A stretch of DNA of 64,000 nucleotides from Camelus ferus (Eukaryota), in NCBI RefSeq assembly GCF_009834535.1, contig NC_045696.1, forward strand, positions 122,142,001 through 122,206,000, read 5' to 3'. The notes below the pieces were generated by a model. It saw only the letters and a program-made list of their open reading frames with translations. It was not told where the DNA came from and did not search any database. The position numbers were made by a program, and so were the translations under genes. Below are positions 22,106 to 36,600 of this stretch, piece after piece; the stretch's first letter is position 1; each line of letters opens with the position of its first letter.

Positions 22106-25100
22106 GGAACGGCTTGCAGGAGAAACTTTTACTCAGGTTTCTCAGTCTTTTTCCAAGTGCCGGTTTGAAGTTACTGCAGTTTCACTGTAAAACCGAGTTG
22201 GAGCTCGTACCTCCCCAAATATATGTATGGAGTGGAATATGCAAGTGAAAAGAAACTATGTGTCCCACCAAGCTAGGTGAATTACGGCTTTACACACACA
22301 TTTCTCTCAGAAATGACCATGTTGAGAGACGTTCGTTCATCTTGCAAAAGGGAACGGGTTGCAGGAGAAACTTTTTCTCAGGTTTCTCAGTCTTTTACCT
22401 AGTGCCGGTTTGAAGTTCCTGCAGTTTTCACTGTAAAACCGAGTTGATGCTCGTACCTCCCCATAAATATGTATGGAGTGGAGTTTGCAACTGAATAGAA
22501 ACTTTGGGTTCCCAACAATCAAGGTCAAGGACGGCTTTCACACACACTTTCTCTCAGAAATGACCATGTGGAGAGACGTTCGTTCATCTTGCAAAAAGGG
22601 ATCGGGTTGCAGGAAAAACTTTACTCTGGTTTCTCATTCTTTTTCCTAGTGCAGGTTAGAAGTTCCTGCAGTTTTCACTGTAAAACCGAGTTGATGCTCG
22701 TACCTCCCCATAAATATGTATGGAGTGGAGTTTGCAACTGAAAAGAAACTTTGTGTTCCCAACAAGCTACGTGAAGGACGGCTTTCACAAACACTTATCT
22801 CTCAGAACTGAGCATGTGGAGAGACGTTCGTTCATCTAGCACAAAGGGAACGGATTGCAGGAGAAACTTTATCTCTGGTATCTCAGTATGTTTCTTAGTG
22901 CCGGTTTGAAGTTCCTTCAGTTTTCACTGTAAAACCGATTGGAGCTCGTGCCTCCCCTGCTATATGTATGGTGGAGTTTGCAATGAAAAGAAACTTTGAT
23001 TTCCCAACAAGCTATGTGTAGTACGGCTTTCACACACACTTATCTCTCAGAACTGAGATGTGGAGAGAAGTTCGTTCATCTAGCACAAAGGGAACGGGTT
23101 GCAGGAGAACTTTTACTCTGGTATCTCAGTCTGTTTTCATACTGCCAGTTTGAAGTTCCTGCATTTTTCACTTTAAAACCGATTTGGAGCTCGTACCTCC
23201 CCATATATATGTATGGGAGTGGAATTTGCCACTGAAAGAAACCTTGTGTTCCCAACAATCTAGGTGAAGGAATGTTCTCACACACACTATCTCTCAGAAC
23301 TGAGCATGTGGGAGACGTTCGTTTATCTAGCACAAGGGAACGTGTTGCAGAAGAAATTATACTGTAGATTCTCACTCTGTTTCCTAGTGCCGGTTTGAAG
23401 TTCCTCCAATTTTCAATGTAAAAACCGAGTTGGAGCTCGTACCTCCCCATTATATGTATGGAGTGGAGTTTGCAAATGAAAAGCAACTTTTTGTTCAAAC
23501 AAGCTAGGTGAAGGAAGGCTTTCACACACACCTATTCCTCAGAACTGAGCATATGGAGAGACGTTCGTTCATCTAGCACAATGGGAACGGGTTGCCGGAG
23601 AATCTTTTACTCTGGTTTCTCAGTCTGTTTCCTAGTGCCGGTTTGAAGTTCCTGCAGTTTCCACTGTAAAACCGAGTTGGTGCTCGTACCTCCCCATAAA
23701 TATTTATGGAGTGGAATTTGCAATTGAATAGAAACTTTGGGTTCCCAACAAGCAAGGTGAAGGAAGGCTTCCACACACCTTTCTCTCAAAACTGACCATG
23801 TGGAAAGACGTTCGTTCATCTTGCAAAAAGGAACGTGTTGCAGGAGAAATTTTACTCTGGAATCTCAGTCTGTTTCCTATTGCCGGTTTGAAGTTCCTGC
23901 AGTTTTCACTGTAAAACAGAGTTGGATCTCGTGCCTCCCTTCTAAATGTATGGAGTGGAGTTTGCAACTGAAAAGAAACATTGATTTCCCAACAAGCTAT
24001 GTGTAGTACGGCTTTCACACACACGTATTTCTCCGAACTGAGCATGTGGAGAGACGTTCGTTCATCTAGCACAAAGGGAATGTGTTGCAAGAGAAATTTT
24101 TACTCTGGTTTCTCAGTCTGTTTCCTAGTGCCGGTTTGAAGTTCCTGCAGTTTTCACTGTAAAACTGAGTTGGAGCTCGTACCTACCCATATATATATAT
24201 GGAGTGGAGTTTCCAACTGAAAAGAAACTTTGTGTTCCCAACAAGCTAGGTGAAGGACGGCTTTCACACACACTTATCTCTCAGAACTGAGCTTGTGGGG
24301 AGACGTTCGTTCATTTAAAACAAAGGGAACGGTTTCTGGAGAAACTTTTACTCTGGTTTCTCAGTCTGTTTCCTAGTGCCGGTTTGAAGTTCCTGCAGTT
24401 TTCACTGTAAAATCGAATTGAAGCTCATACCTCCCCATATATATGTATGGACTGTAGTTTGCAAGTGAAAAGAAACTTTGTGTTCCCAACAAGCTAGGTG
24501 AAGGACGGCTTTCACACACACTTTTCTCTCAGAACTGAGCATGTGGAGAGACGATGGTTCATGTAGCACAAAGGGAACGGGTTGCAGGAGAAACTTTTAC
24601 TCAGGTTTCTCAGTCTTTTTCCTAGTGCCGGTTTGAAGTTACTGCAGTTTTCACTGTAAAACCGAGTTGGAGCTCGTACCTCCCCAAATATATGTATGGA
24701 GTGGAATATGCAAGTGAAAAGAAACTTTGTGTTCCCAACAAGCTAGGTGAATTACGGCTTTCACACACACATTTCTCTCAGAAATGACCATGTTGAGAGA
24801 CGTTCGTTCATCTTGCAAAAAGGGAACGGGTTGCAGGAGAAACTTTTTCTCAGGTTTCTCAGTCTTTTTCCTAGTGCCGGTTTGAAGTTACTGCAGTTTT
24901 CACTGTAATACCGAGTTGGTGCTCGTACCTCCCCATAAATATGTATGGAGTGGAGTTTGCAACTGAATAGAAACTTTGGGTTCCCAACAATCAAGGTGAA
25001 GGACGGCTTTCACACACACTTTTCTCTCAGAAATGACCATGTGGAGAGACGTTCGTTCATCTTGCAAAAAGGGATCGGGTTGCAGGAAAAACTTTTACTC

Positions 25101-28100
25101 TGGTTTCTCATTCTTTTTCCTAGTGCAGGTTAGAAGTTCCTGCAGTTTTCACTGTAATACCGTGTTGGAGCCCTTACCTCCCCATATATATGTATGGAGT
25201 GGAGTTTGCAACTGAAAAGAAACTTTGTGTTCCCAACAAGCTACGTGAAGGACGGCTTTTACACACACTTATCTCTCAGAACTGAGCATGTGGAGAGACG
25301 TTCGTTCATCTAGCACAAAGGGAACGGATTGCAGGAGAAACTTTAATTCTGGTATCTCAGTATGTTTCTTAGTGCCGGTTTGAAGTTCCTTCAGTTTTCA
25401 CTGTAAAACCGATTTGGAGCTCGTGCCTCCCCTTCTATATGTATGGAGTGGAGTTTGCAACTGAAAAGAAACTTTGATTTCCCAACAAGCTATGTGTAGT
25501 ACGGCTTTCACACACACTTATCTCTCAGAACTGAGCATGTGGAGAGACGTTCGTTCATCTAGCACAAAGGGAACGGGTTGCAGGAGAAACTTTTACTCTG
25601 GTATCTCAGTCTGTTTCATACTGCCAGTTTGAAGTTCCTGCATTTTTCACTTTAAAACCGAGTTGGAGCTCGTACCTCCCCATATATATGTATGGAGTGG
25701 AATTTGCCACTGAAAAGAAACTTTGTGTTCCCAACAATCTAGGTGAAGGACTGTTCTCACACACACTTATCTCTCAGAACTGAGCATGTGGAGAGACGTT
25801 CGTTTATCTAGCACAAAGGGAACGTGTTGCAGAAGAAGTTATACTGTAGATTCTCACTCTGTTTCCTAGTGCCGGTTTGAAGTTCCTCCAATTTTCACTG
25901 TAAAACCGAGTTGGAGCTCGTACCTCCCCATATATATGTATGGAGTGGAGATTGCAAATGAAAAGCAACTTTTTGTTCAAACAAGCTAGGTGAAGGAAGG
26001 CTTTCACACACACCTATTCCTCAGAACTGAGCATATGGAGAGACGTTCTTTCATCTAGCACAATGGGAACGGGTTGCCGGAGAATCTTTTACTCTGGTTT
26101 CTCAGTCTGTTTCCTAGTGCCGGTTTGAAGTCCCTGCAGTTTCCACTGTAAAACCGAGTTGGTGCTCGTACCTCCCCATAAATATTTATGGAGTGGAATT
26201 TGCAATTGAATAGAAACTTTGGGTTCCCAACAAGCAAGGTGAAGGAAGGCTTTCACACACACTTTCTCTCAGAACTGACCATGTGGAAAGACGTTCGTTC
26301 ATCTTTCAAAAAGGAACGTGTTGCCGGAGAAATTTTACTCTGGAATCTCAGTCTGTTTCCTAGTGCCGGTTTGAAGTTCCTGCAGTTTTCACTGTAAAAC
26401 AGAGTTGGATCTCGTGCCTCCCCTTCTAAATGTATGGAGTGGAGTTTGCAACTGAAAAGAAACTTTGATTTCCCAACAAGCTATGTGTAGTACGGCTTTC
26501 ACACACACTTATTTCTCCGAACTGAGCATGTGGAGAGACGTTCGTTCATCTAGCACAAAGGGAATGTGTTGCAAGAGAAACTTTTACTCTGGTTTCTCAG
26601 TCTGTTTCCTAGTGCCGGTTTGAAGTTCCTGCAGTTTTCACTGTAAAACTGAGTTGGAGCTCGTACCTACCCATATATATATATGGATTGGAGTTTCCAA
26701 CTGATAAGGAACTTTGATTTCCCAAAAAGCTATGTGAAGGACGGCTTTCACACTCACATTTCACTCAGAACTGAGCATGTGGAGAGACTTTTGTTCATCT
26801 AGCACAAAGGGAACGGGTTGCAGGAGAATCTTTTACTCTGGTTTCTCAGTCTGTTTCCTAGTGCTGGTTTGAAGTTCCTGCAGTTTCCACTGTAAAACCG
26901 AGTTGGTGCTCGTACCTCCCCACAAATATGTATGGAGTGGAATTTGCAATTGAATAGAAACTTTGGGTTCCCAACAAGCAAGGTGAAGGAAGGCTTTCAC
27001 ACACACTTTCTCTCAGAACTGACCATGTGGAAAGACGTTCGTTCATCTTGCAAAAAGGAACGGGTTGCAGGAGAAATTTTACTCTGGAATCTCAGTCTGT
27101 TTCCTAGTGCCGGTTTGAAGTTCCTGCAGTTTTCACTGTAAAACAGAGTTGGAGCTCGTGCCTCCCCTTCTATATGTATGGAGTGGAGTTTGCAACTGAA
27201 AAGAAACTTTGATTTCCCAACAAGCTATGTGTAGTACGGCTTTCACACACACTTATTTCTCCGAACTGAGCATGTGGAGAGACGTTCGTTCATCTAGCAC
27301 AAAGGGAATGTGTTGCAAGAGAAATTTTTACTCTGGTTTCTCAGTCTGTTTCCTAGTGCCGGTTTGAAGTTCCTGCAGTTTTCACTGTAAAACTGAGTTG
27401 GAGCTCGTACCTACCCATATATATATATGGAGTGGTGTTTCCAACTGAAAAGAAACTTTGTGTTCCCAACAAGCTAGGTGAAGGACGGCTTTCACACACA
27501 CTTATCTCTCAGAACTGAGCTTGTGGGGAGACGTTCGTTCATTTAAAACAAAGGGAACGGGTTTCTGGAGAAACTTTTACTCTGGTTTCTCAGTCTGTTT
27601 CCTAGTGCCGGTTTGAAGTTCCTGCAGTTTTCACTGTAAAATCGAATTGAAGCTCGTACCTCCCCATATATATGTATGGACTGTAGTTTGCAAGTGAAAA
27701 GAAACTTTGTGTTCCCAACAAGCTAGGTGAAGGACGGCTTTCACACACACTTTTCTCTCAGAACTGAGCATGTGGAGAGATGATGGTTCATGTAGCACAA
27801 AGGGAACGGCTTGCAGGAGAAACTTTTACTCAGGTTTCTCAGTCTTTTTCCAAGTGCCGGTTTGAAGTTACTGCAGTTTTCACTGTAAAACCGAGTTGGA
27901 GCTCGTACCTCCCCAAATATATGTATGGAGTGGAATATGCAAGTGAAAAGAAACTATGTGTTCCCACCAAGCTAGGTGAATTACGGCTTTCACACACACA
28001 TTTCTCTCAGAAATGACCATGTTGAGAGACGTTCGTTCATCTTGCAAAAAGGGAACGGGTTGCAGGAGAAACTTTTTCTCAGGTTTCTCAGTCTTTTACC

Positions 28101-30770
28101 TAGTGCCGGTTTGAAGTTCCTGCAGTTTTCACTGTAAAACCGAGTTGATGCTCGTACCTCCCCATAAATATGTATGGAGTGGAGTTTGCAACTGAATAGA
28201 AACTTTGGGTTCCCAACAATCAAGGTGAAGGACGGCTTTCACACACACTTTTCTCTCAGAAATGACCATGTGGAGAGACGTTCGTTCATCTTGCAAAAAG
28301 GGATCGGGTTGCAGGAAAAACTTTTACTCTGGTTTCTCATTCTTTTTCCTAGTGCAGGTTAGAAGTTCCTGCAGTTTTCACTGTAAAACCGAGTTGATGC
28401 TCGTACCTCCCCATAAATATGTATGGAGTGGAGTTTGCAACTGAAAAGAAACTTTGTGTTCCCAACAAGCTACGTGAAGGACGGCTTTCACAAACACTTA
28501 TCTCTCAGAACTGAGCATGTGGAGAGACGTTCGTTCATCTAGCACAAAGGGAACGGATTGCAGGAGAAACTTTATCTCTGGTATCTCAGTATGTTTCTTA
28601 GTGCCGGTTTGAAGTTCCTTCAGTTTTCACTGTAAAACCGATTTGGAGCTCGTGCCTCCCCTGCTATATGTATGGAGTGGAGTTTGCAACTGAAAAGAAA
28701 CTTTGATTTCCCAACAAGCTATGTGTAGTACGGCTTTCACACACACTTATCTCTCAGAACTGAGCATGTGGAGAGAAGTTCGTTCATCTAGCACAAAGGG
28801 AACGGGTTGCAGGAGAAACTTTTACTCTGGTATCTCAGTCTGTTTCATACTGCCAGTTTGAAGTTCCTGCATTTTTCACTTTAAAACCGAGTTGGAGCTC
28901 GTACCTCCCCATATATATGTATGGAGTGGAATTTGCCACTGAAAAGAAACTTTGTGTTCCCAACAATCTAGGTGAAGGACTGTTCTCACACACACTTATC
29001 TCTCAGAACTGAGCATGTGGAGAGACGTTCGTTTATCTAGCACAAAGGGAACGTGTTGCAGAAGAAATTATACTGTAGATTCTCACTCTGTTTCCTAGTG
29101 CCGGTTTGAAGTTCCTGCAGTTTTCACTGTAAAACTGAGTTGGAGCTCGTACCTACCCATATATATATATGGATTGGAGTTTCCAACTGATAAGGAACTT
29201 TGATTTCCCAAAAAGCTATGTGAAGGACGGCTTTCACACACACATTTCACTCAGAACTGAGCATGTGGAGAGACTTTTGTTCATCTAGCACAAAGGGAAC
29301 GGGTTTCTGGAGAAACTTTTACTCTGGTTTCTCAGTCTGTTTCCTAGTGCCGGTTTGAAGTTCCTGCAGTTTTCACTGTAAAACTGAGTTGGAGCTCGTA
29401 CCTCCCCATATATATGTATGGAGTGGAGTTTGCAACTGAAAAGAAACTTTGTGTTCCCAACAAGCTATGTGAAAGGCGGCTTTCACACACACTTATCTCT
29501 CACAACTGAGCATTTGGAGAGACGTTCGTTCATCTAGCACAAAGGGAAAGTGTTGCATGAGAAACTTTTACTCTGGTTTCTCATTCTGTTTTCTAGTGCC
29601 GGTTTGAAATTCCTGCAGTTTTCACTGTAAAACAGAATTGGAGCTCGTACTTCCCCATATATTTGTATGGAGTGGAGTTTGCAAGTGAAAATAAACTTTG
29701 AGTTCCCAACAAGCTAGGTGAAAGACGGCTTTCACACACACTTATCTCTCAGAACTGAGCATGTGGAGAGACGTTCGTTCATCTAGCACAAAGGGAACGG
29801 GTTGCAGTAGAAATTTTTACTCTGGTTTCTTAGTCTGTTTCCTAGGGCCGGTTTGTAATTCCTGCAGTTTTCACTGTAAAACCGAGTTGGAGCTCGTACC
29901 TCTCAATGTATATGTATGGAGAGGAGTTTGCAAGTGAAAAGAAACTTTGTGTTCCCAACAAGCTAGGTGAAGGTCTGCTTTCACACACACTTATCTCTCA
30001 GAACTGAGCATCTGGAGAGACGTTCGTTCATCTAGCACAAAGGGAACGGGTTGCAGGAGAAACTTTTACTCTGGTATCTCAGTCTGTTTCATACTGCCAG
30101 TTTGAAGTTCCTGCATTTTTCACTTTAAAACCGAGTTGGAACTCGTACCTCCCCATATATATGTATGGAGTGGAATTTGCCACTGAAAAGAAACTTTGTG
30201 TTCCCAACAATCTAGGTGAAGGACTGTTCTCACACACACTTATCTCTCAGAACTGAGCATGTGGAGAGACGTTCGTTTATCTAGCACAAAGGGAACGTGT
30301 TGCAGAAGAAATTATACTGTAGATTCTCACTCTGTTTCCTAGTGCCGGTTTGAAGTTCCTCCAATTTTCACTGTAAAACCGAGTTGGAGCTCGTACCTCC
30401 CCATATATATGTATGGAGTGGAGTTTGCAAATGAAAAGCAACTTTTTGTTCAAACAAGCTAGGAGAATGAAGGCTTTCACACACACCTATTCCTCAGAAC
30501 TGAGCATATGGAGAGACGTTCGTTCATCTAGCACAATGGGAACGGGTTGCCGGAGAATCTTTTACTCTGGTTTCTCAGTCTGTATCCTAGTGCCGGTTTG
30601 AAGTTCCTGCAGTTTCCACTGTAAAACAGAGTTGGAGCTCGTGCCTCCCCTTCTATATGTATGGAGTGAAGTTTGCAACTGAAAAGAAACATTCATTTCC
30701 CAACAAGCTATGTGTAGTACGGCTTTCACACACACTTATTTCTCCGAACTGAGCATGTGGAGAGACGTTC
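22106..30770 (+). repeat. Satellite domain I (GAGCTCGT subfamily): 10-mer and 13-mer HORs, then rearranged
   Basis: Marker ATACTGTAGATTCTCAC at ~23359, 25841, 29070, 30314 (spacings ~2482, 3229, 1244 = 10, 13, 5 monomers). Confidence 0.85.
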
Positions 30771-33659
30771 GTTCATCTAGCACAAACAAACGGGTTATAG
30801 GAGAAACTTTTACTCTGGTTTCTCAGTCTATTTCCTAGTGCCGGTTTGAAGTTCCTGCAGTTTTCACTGTAAAACCGAGTTGGAGCTAGTACCTCCCCAT
30901 ATATATGTATGGAGTGGAGTATGCAACTGAAAAGAACGTTTGTGTTCCCAACAAGCTAGTTGAAGAACGGCTATCACACACACTTATCTCTCAGAACTGA
31001 GCATGTGGATAGAAGTTCGTTCATCTAGCACAATAGGAACGGTTTTTAGTAGAAACTTTTACTCTGGTTTCTCAGTCAGTTTCCTAGTGCCGGTTTGAAG
31101 TTCCTGCAATTTTCAATGTAAAACAGAGTTGTAGCTTGAACCTCCCCATATATTTGTATGGATTGGAGTTTGCAACTGAAAAGAAACTTTGTGTTCCCAA
31201 CAAGCAAGGTGAAGGACGGCTTTCACACACACTTATTTCTAAGAACAGAGCATGTGAATAGAAGTTCGTTCATCTAGCACAAAGGAACGGGTTACCAGAT
31301 AAACTTTTACACCGTTTTCTCAGTCTGTTTCCTATTGTCGGTTTGAAGTTCCTGCAATTTTCACTGTAAAAGAGAGTTGGAGCTAGTAAATCCCCATAGA
31401 TATATATGGAGTGGGATTTGCAACTTAAAAGAAACTTTGTGTTCCCAACAAGCTAGTTGAAGGCGGCTTTCACACACACTAAACTCTCAGAACTGTGCAT
31501 GTGGAGAGATATTCGTTCATCTAGCAAAAAGGGAATGGTTTGCAGGAGAAAATATTTCTCTGGTCTCTCAGTCTGTTTCCTAGTGCCGGTTTGAAATACC
31601 TGCAGTTTTCACTGTAAAACCGAATTCGAGCTAGTAAATCCCCATATATTTGTATGGATTGGAGTTTGAAAATGAAAAGAAACTTTGTGTTCCCAACAAG
31701 CTAGGTGAAGGCGGCTTTCACACACACTAATCTCTCAGAACTGAGCATGTGGAGAGAATTTCGTTCATCTAGCACAAAGGGAACGGGTTGCAGGGGAAAC
31801 TTTTACTCTGGTTTCTCAGTCTGTTTCCTAGTGCCGGTTTGATGTTCCTGCAGTTTTCACTATAAAGCCGAGTTGGTGCTTGTACATCCCCATATATATG
31901 TATGGAGTGGAGTTTGCAACTAAAAAGAAACTTTGTGTTCCCAACTAGGTAGGTGAAGGACGGCTTTCACACACACTTATCTCTCAGATCTGAGCATGTG
32001 GAGAGACGATCATTCATCTAGCAAAAAGGGAACGGGTTTATGTAGAATTTTTTACTCTGGGTTCTTAGTCTGTTTCCTAGTGCCGGTTTGAAGTTCCTGC
32101 AGTTTTCACTGTAAAACCGTGTTGGAGGTAGTACCTCCCCATAGATAATTATGGAGTCGAGTTTGCAACTGAAAAGAAACTTTGTGTTCCCAAAAAGGTA
32201 GGTGAAGGACGGCTTTCACACATACTTATCTCTCAGATCTGAGCATGTGGAGAGACGATCATTCATCTAGCACAAATGGAACGGTTTTCAGTAGAATCAT
32301 TTATCTGGGTTCTTAGTCTGTTTCCTAGTGCCGGTTTGAAGTTCCTGCAATTTTCACTGTAAAACCGAGTTGGAGCTAGTACATCCCAAATATATGTATG
32401 GAGTGGAGTTTGCAACAGAATAGTAACATTGTGATCCCAACAAGCTAGGTGAAGGACGACTTTCACACACACTAATATCTCAGAACTGAGTATGTGGAGA
32501 GACGTTCGTTCACATAGCTCAATGGGAACGGGTTGAAGGAGTAACATATACTCTGGTTTCTCAGTCTGTTTCCTAGTGCCGGTTTGAAATTCCTGCAGTT
32601 TTCACTGTAAAACCGAGTTGGAGCTAGTACATACCCAGGAATATTTATGGAGTGGAGTTTGCAAATGAAAAGAAACTTTGTGTTCCCAACAAGCTATGTG
32701 AAGGACGGCTTTAACACACACTTATTTCTCAGAACTGAGCATGTGGAGAGACTTTCGTTCATCTAGCACAAAGGGAAAGGGTAGCAGGAGAAACCTTTAC
32801 TCTTGTTTCTAAGTCTGTTTCCTAGTGCCGGTTTGATGTTCCTGCAGTTTTCACTGTAAAATCGAGCTGGAGCTAGTACATCCCCATATAAATATATGGA
32901 GTGAAGTTCACAACTGAAAAGAACCTTTGTGTTCCCAACAAGCTAGGTGAAGAACGGCTTTCACACACACTTATCTCTCAGATCTGAGCATGTGGAGAGA
33001 CGTTCGTTCATCTAGCACAAAGGGAAAGGAGCCAGTAGAATCTTTTACTCTGGGTTCTTAGTCTGTTTCCTAGTGCCGGTTTGAATTTCCTGCAGTTTTC
33101 ACTGTAAAACCTAGTTGCAGCTAGAACCTCCCATATATATGTATGGAGTGGAGTTGGCAACAGAAAAGAAACATTGTGATCCTAACAAGCTAATTGGATG
33201 ACCGCTTTCATGCACATTAATCTCTCAGAACTGAGCATGTGGAGAGACGTTGGATCATATAGCTCACTGGGAACGGGTTGCAGTAGAAACATTTACTGTG
33301 GTTTCTCAGTCTGTTTCCTAGTGCCGGTTTGAAGTTCCTGCAGTTTTCACTGTAAAACCTAGTTGCAGCTAGAAACTCCCATATATATGTATGGAGTGGA
33401 GTTTGCAACTGAAAAGAAACTTTGTGTTCCCAACAAGCTAGGTGAAGGACAGCATTCACACACACTTATCTCCCAGAACTGAGCATGTGGAGAGACGTTC
33501 GTTCATCTAGCACAAATGGAACGGGTTGCTGTAGAAACTTTTACTCTGGTTTCTCAGTGTGTTTCCTAGTTCCGGTTTGAAGTTCCTGCAGTTTTCACTG
33601 TAAAACAGAGTTGGAGCTTGTACATCCCCATATATTTGTATGGATTGGAGTTAGCAACT

Positions 33660-36600
33660 GAAAAGAAACTTTGTGTTCCCAACTAGCTAGGTGAAGAACT
33701 GCAATCACACACACATATCTCTCAGAACTGAGCATGTGGAGAGACGTTCATTCATCTAGCACAATAGGAACGGTTTGTAGTAGAAAATTTTACTCTGGTT
33801 TCTCAGTCTGTTTCCTGGTGCCGGTTTGAAGTTCCTGCAATTTTCACTGTAAAACAGAGTTGGAGCTTGAAACCCCCCATATATTTGTATGGATTGGTGT
33901 TTGCAACTGAAAAGAATCTTTGTGTTCCCAACAAGCTAGGTAAAGGACGGCTTTCACACACACTTATTTCTAAGAACTGAGCATGTGGATAGAATTTCGT
34001 TCATCTAGAACAAAGGAACGGGTTACAAGAGAAACTTTTACTCTGGATTCTCAGTCTGTTTCCTAGTGCAGGTTTGAAGTTCCTGCACTTTTCACGGTAA
34101 AACAGAGTTGGAGAAGGTAAATCCCCATTTATATGTATGGAGTGGAGTTTGCAACTGAAAAGATACTTTGTGTTCCCAACCAGCTAGGTGAAGGCGGCTT
34201 TCATACACTCTTATCTCTCAGAACTGAGCATGTGGAGAGACGTTCGTTCATCTAGCACAAAGGGAACGAGTCGCCGGAGAAAATTTTACTTTGGTATCTC
34301 AGTCATTTTCTTCGTGCCTGTTTGAAGTTCCTTCAATTTTCACTGTAAAACAGAGTTGGAACTTGTACTTCCCCATATATTTCTAGGATTGGAGTTTGCA
34401 ACTGAAAAGAAATTTTGTGTTCCAAACAAGCTAGGTGAAGGCAGTTTTCACACAGACTCTTCTCTAAGAACTGAGCATGTGGAGAGACTTTCGTTCATCT
34501 AGCACAAACAAACGGGTTATAGGAGAAACTTTTACTCTGGTTTCTCAGTCTATTTCCTAGTGCCGGTTTGAAGATCCTGCATTTTTCACTGTAAAACCGA
34601 GTTGGAGCTTGTACCTCCCCATATATATGTATGGAGTGGAGTATGCAACTGAAAAGAACGTTTGTGTTCCCAACAAGCTAGTTGAAGAACGGCTATCACA
34701 CACACTTATCTCTCAGAACTGAGCATGTGGATAGAAGTTCGTTCATCTAGCACAATAGGAACGGTTTTTAGTAGAAACTTTTACTCTGTTTTCTGAGTCT
34801 GTTTCCTAGTGCCGGTTTGAAGTTCCTGCAATTATCAATGTAAAACAGAGTTGTAGCTTGAACCTCCCCATATATTTGTATGGATTGGTGTTTGCAACTG
34901 AAAAGAAACTTTGTGTTCCCAACAAGCAAGGTGAAGGACGGCTTTCACACACACTTATTTCTAAGAACAGAGCATGTGAATAGAAGTTCGTTCATCTAGC
35001 ACAAAGGAACGGGTTACCAGATAAAATTTTACACCGTTTTCTCAGTCTGTTTCCTAGTGTCGGTTTGAAGTTCCTGCAATTTTCACTGTAAAAGAGAGTT
35101 GGAACTTGTAAATCCCCATAGAAATATATGGAGTGGGATTTGCAATTGAAAAGAAACTTTGTGTTCCCAACAGGCTAGTTGAAGGCGGCTTTCACACACA
35201 CTAATCTCTCAGAACTGAGCATGTGGAGAGACATTCGTTCATCTAGCACAAAGGGAACGGTTTGCAAGAGAAAATATTTCTCTGGTCTCTCAGTCTGTTT
35301 CCTAGTGCCGGTTTGAAGTACCTGCAGTTTTCAATGTAAAACCGAATTCGAGCTAGTAAATCCCCATATATTTGTATGGATTGCAGTTTGAAAATGAAAA
35401 GAAACTTTGTGTTCCCAGCAAGCTAGGTGAAGGCGGCTTTCACACACAGTAATCTCTCAGAACCGAACATGTGGAGAAACGTTCATTCATCTAGCACAAA
35501 GGGAACGGGTTTCAGTGGAAACTTTTACTCGGGTTCTCAATCTGTTTCCTAGTGCCGGTTTGAAGTTCCTGCAGTTTTCACGGTAAAACCGATTTTGAGC
35601 TAGTACCTCCCCATATGTAATTATGGAGTGGAGTTTGCAACTGAAAAGGAACTTTGTGTTCCCAACAATCTAGTTAAGAACGGATTTCAAACACACTTGT
35701 CTCTCAGAACTGAGCATGTGGAGAGACGTTCGTTCATCTAGCACAAAGGGAACGGGTTTCAGTGGAAACTTTTACTCTGGATTCTCAGTCTGTTTCCTAG
35801 TGCCGGTTTGAAGTTCCTGCAATTTTCACTGAAAAACCGAGTAGGAGCTAGAACCTCCCAAACATATGTATGGAGTGGAGTTTGCAACAGAAAAGTAACA
35901 TTGTTATCCCAACAAGCTAGGTGAAGGATGGCTTTCACACACACTAATCTCTCAGAACTGAGAATGTGGAGAGACGTTCGTTCACATAGCTCAATGGGAA
36001 CGGGTTGCAGGAGTAACATTTACTCTGGTTTCTCAGTCTTTTTCCTAGTGCCGGTTTGAAATTCCTGCACTTTTCACTGTAAAACCGAGTTGGAGCTAGT
36101 ACATACCAGGTATATTTATGGAGTGGAGTTTGCAAATGAAAAGAAACTCTGTGTTCCCAACAAGCTAGGTGAAGTACGGCTTTCACACACACTTATATCT
36201 AAGAAATGAGCATGTGGAGAGGCGTTCGTTCATCTAACACAAAGGGAACGGGTTTCAGGGGAAACATTTGCTCGGGTTCTCAATCTGTTTCCTAGTGCCG
36301 GTTTGAAGTTCCTACAGTTTTCACTGTAAAACCGAGTTGGAGCTTGTACATCCCCATATATTTGTATGGATTGGAGTTTGCAACTGAAAAGAAACTTTGT
36401 GTTCCCAACATGCTAGTTAAAGTACGCTTTCACACACACTTATCTCTAAGAACTGAGCTTGTGGAGAGACGTTCATTCATCTAGCAAAAAGGAACGTGTT
36501 GCAGGAAAAACATTTAATCAGGTTTCTCATTCTATTTCCTAGAGAATATATGGAGTTCCTGCAGTTTCACTGTAAACCGGAGTTAGAGCTAGTACTTTCC

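Noticed and set aside
22106..23530. Shortened monomers with many 1-3 bp deletions and a 151-aa ORF (23076-23531)
   Set aside because: The indels cluster at the contig end and are absent from sister copies at 27803-29100; most likely consensus errors
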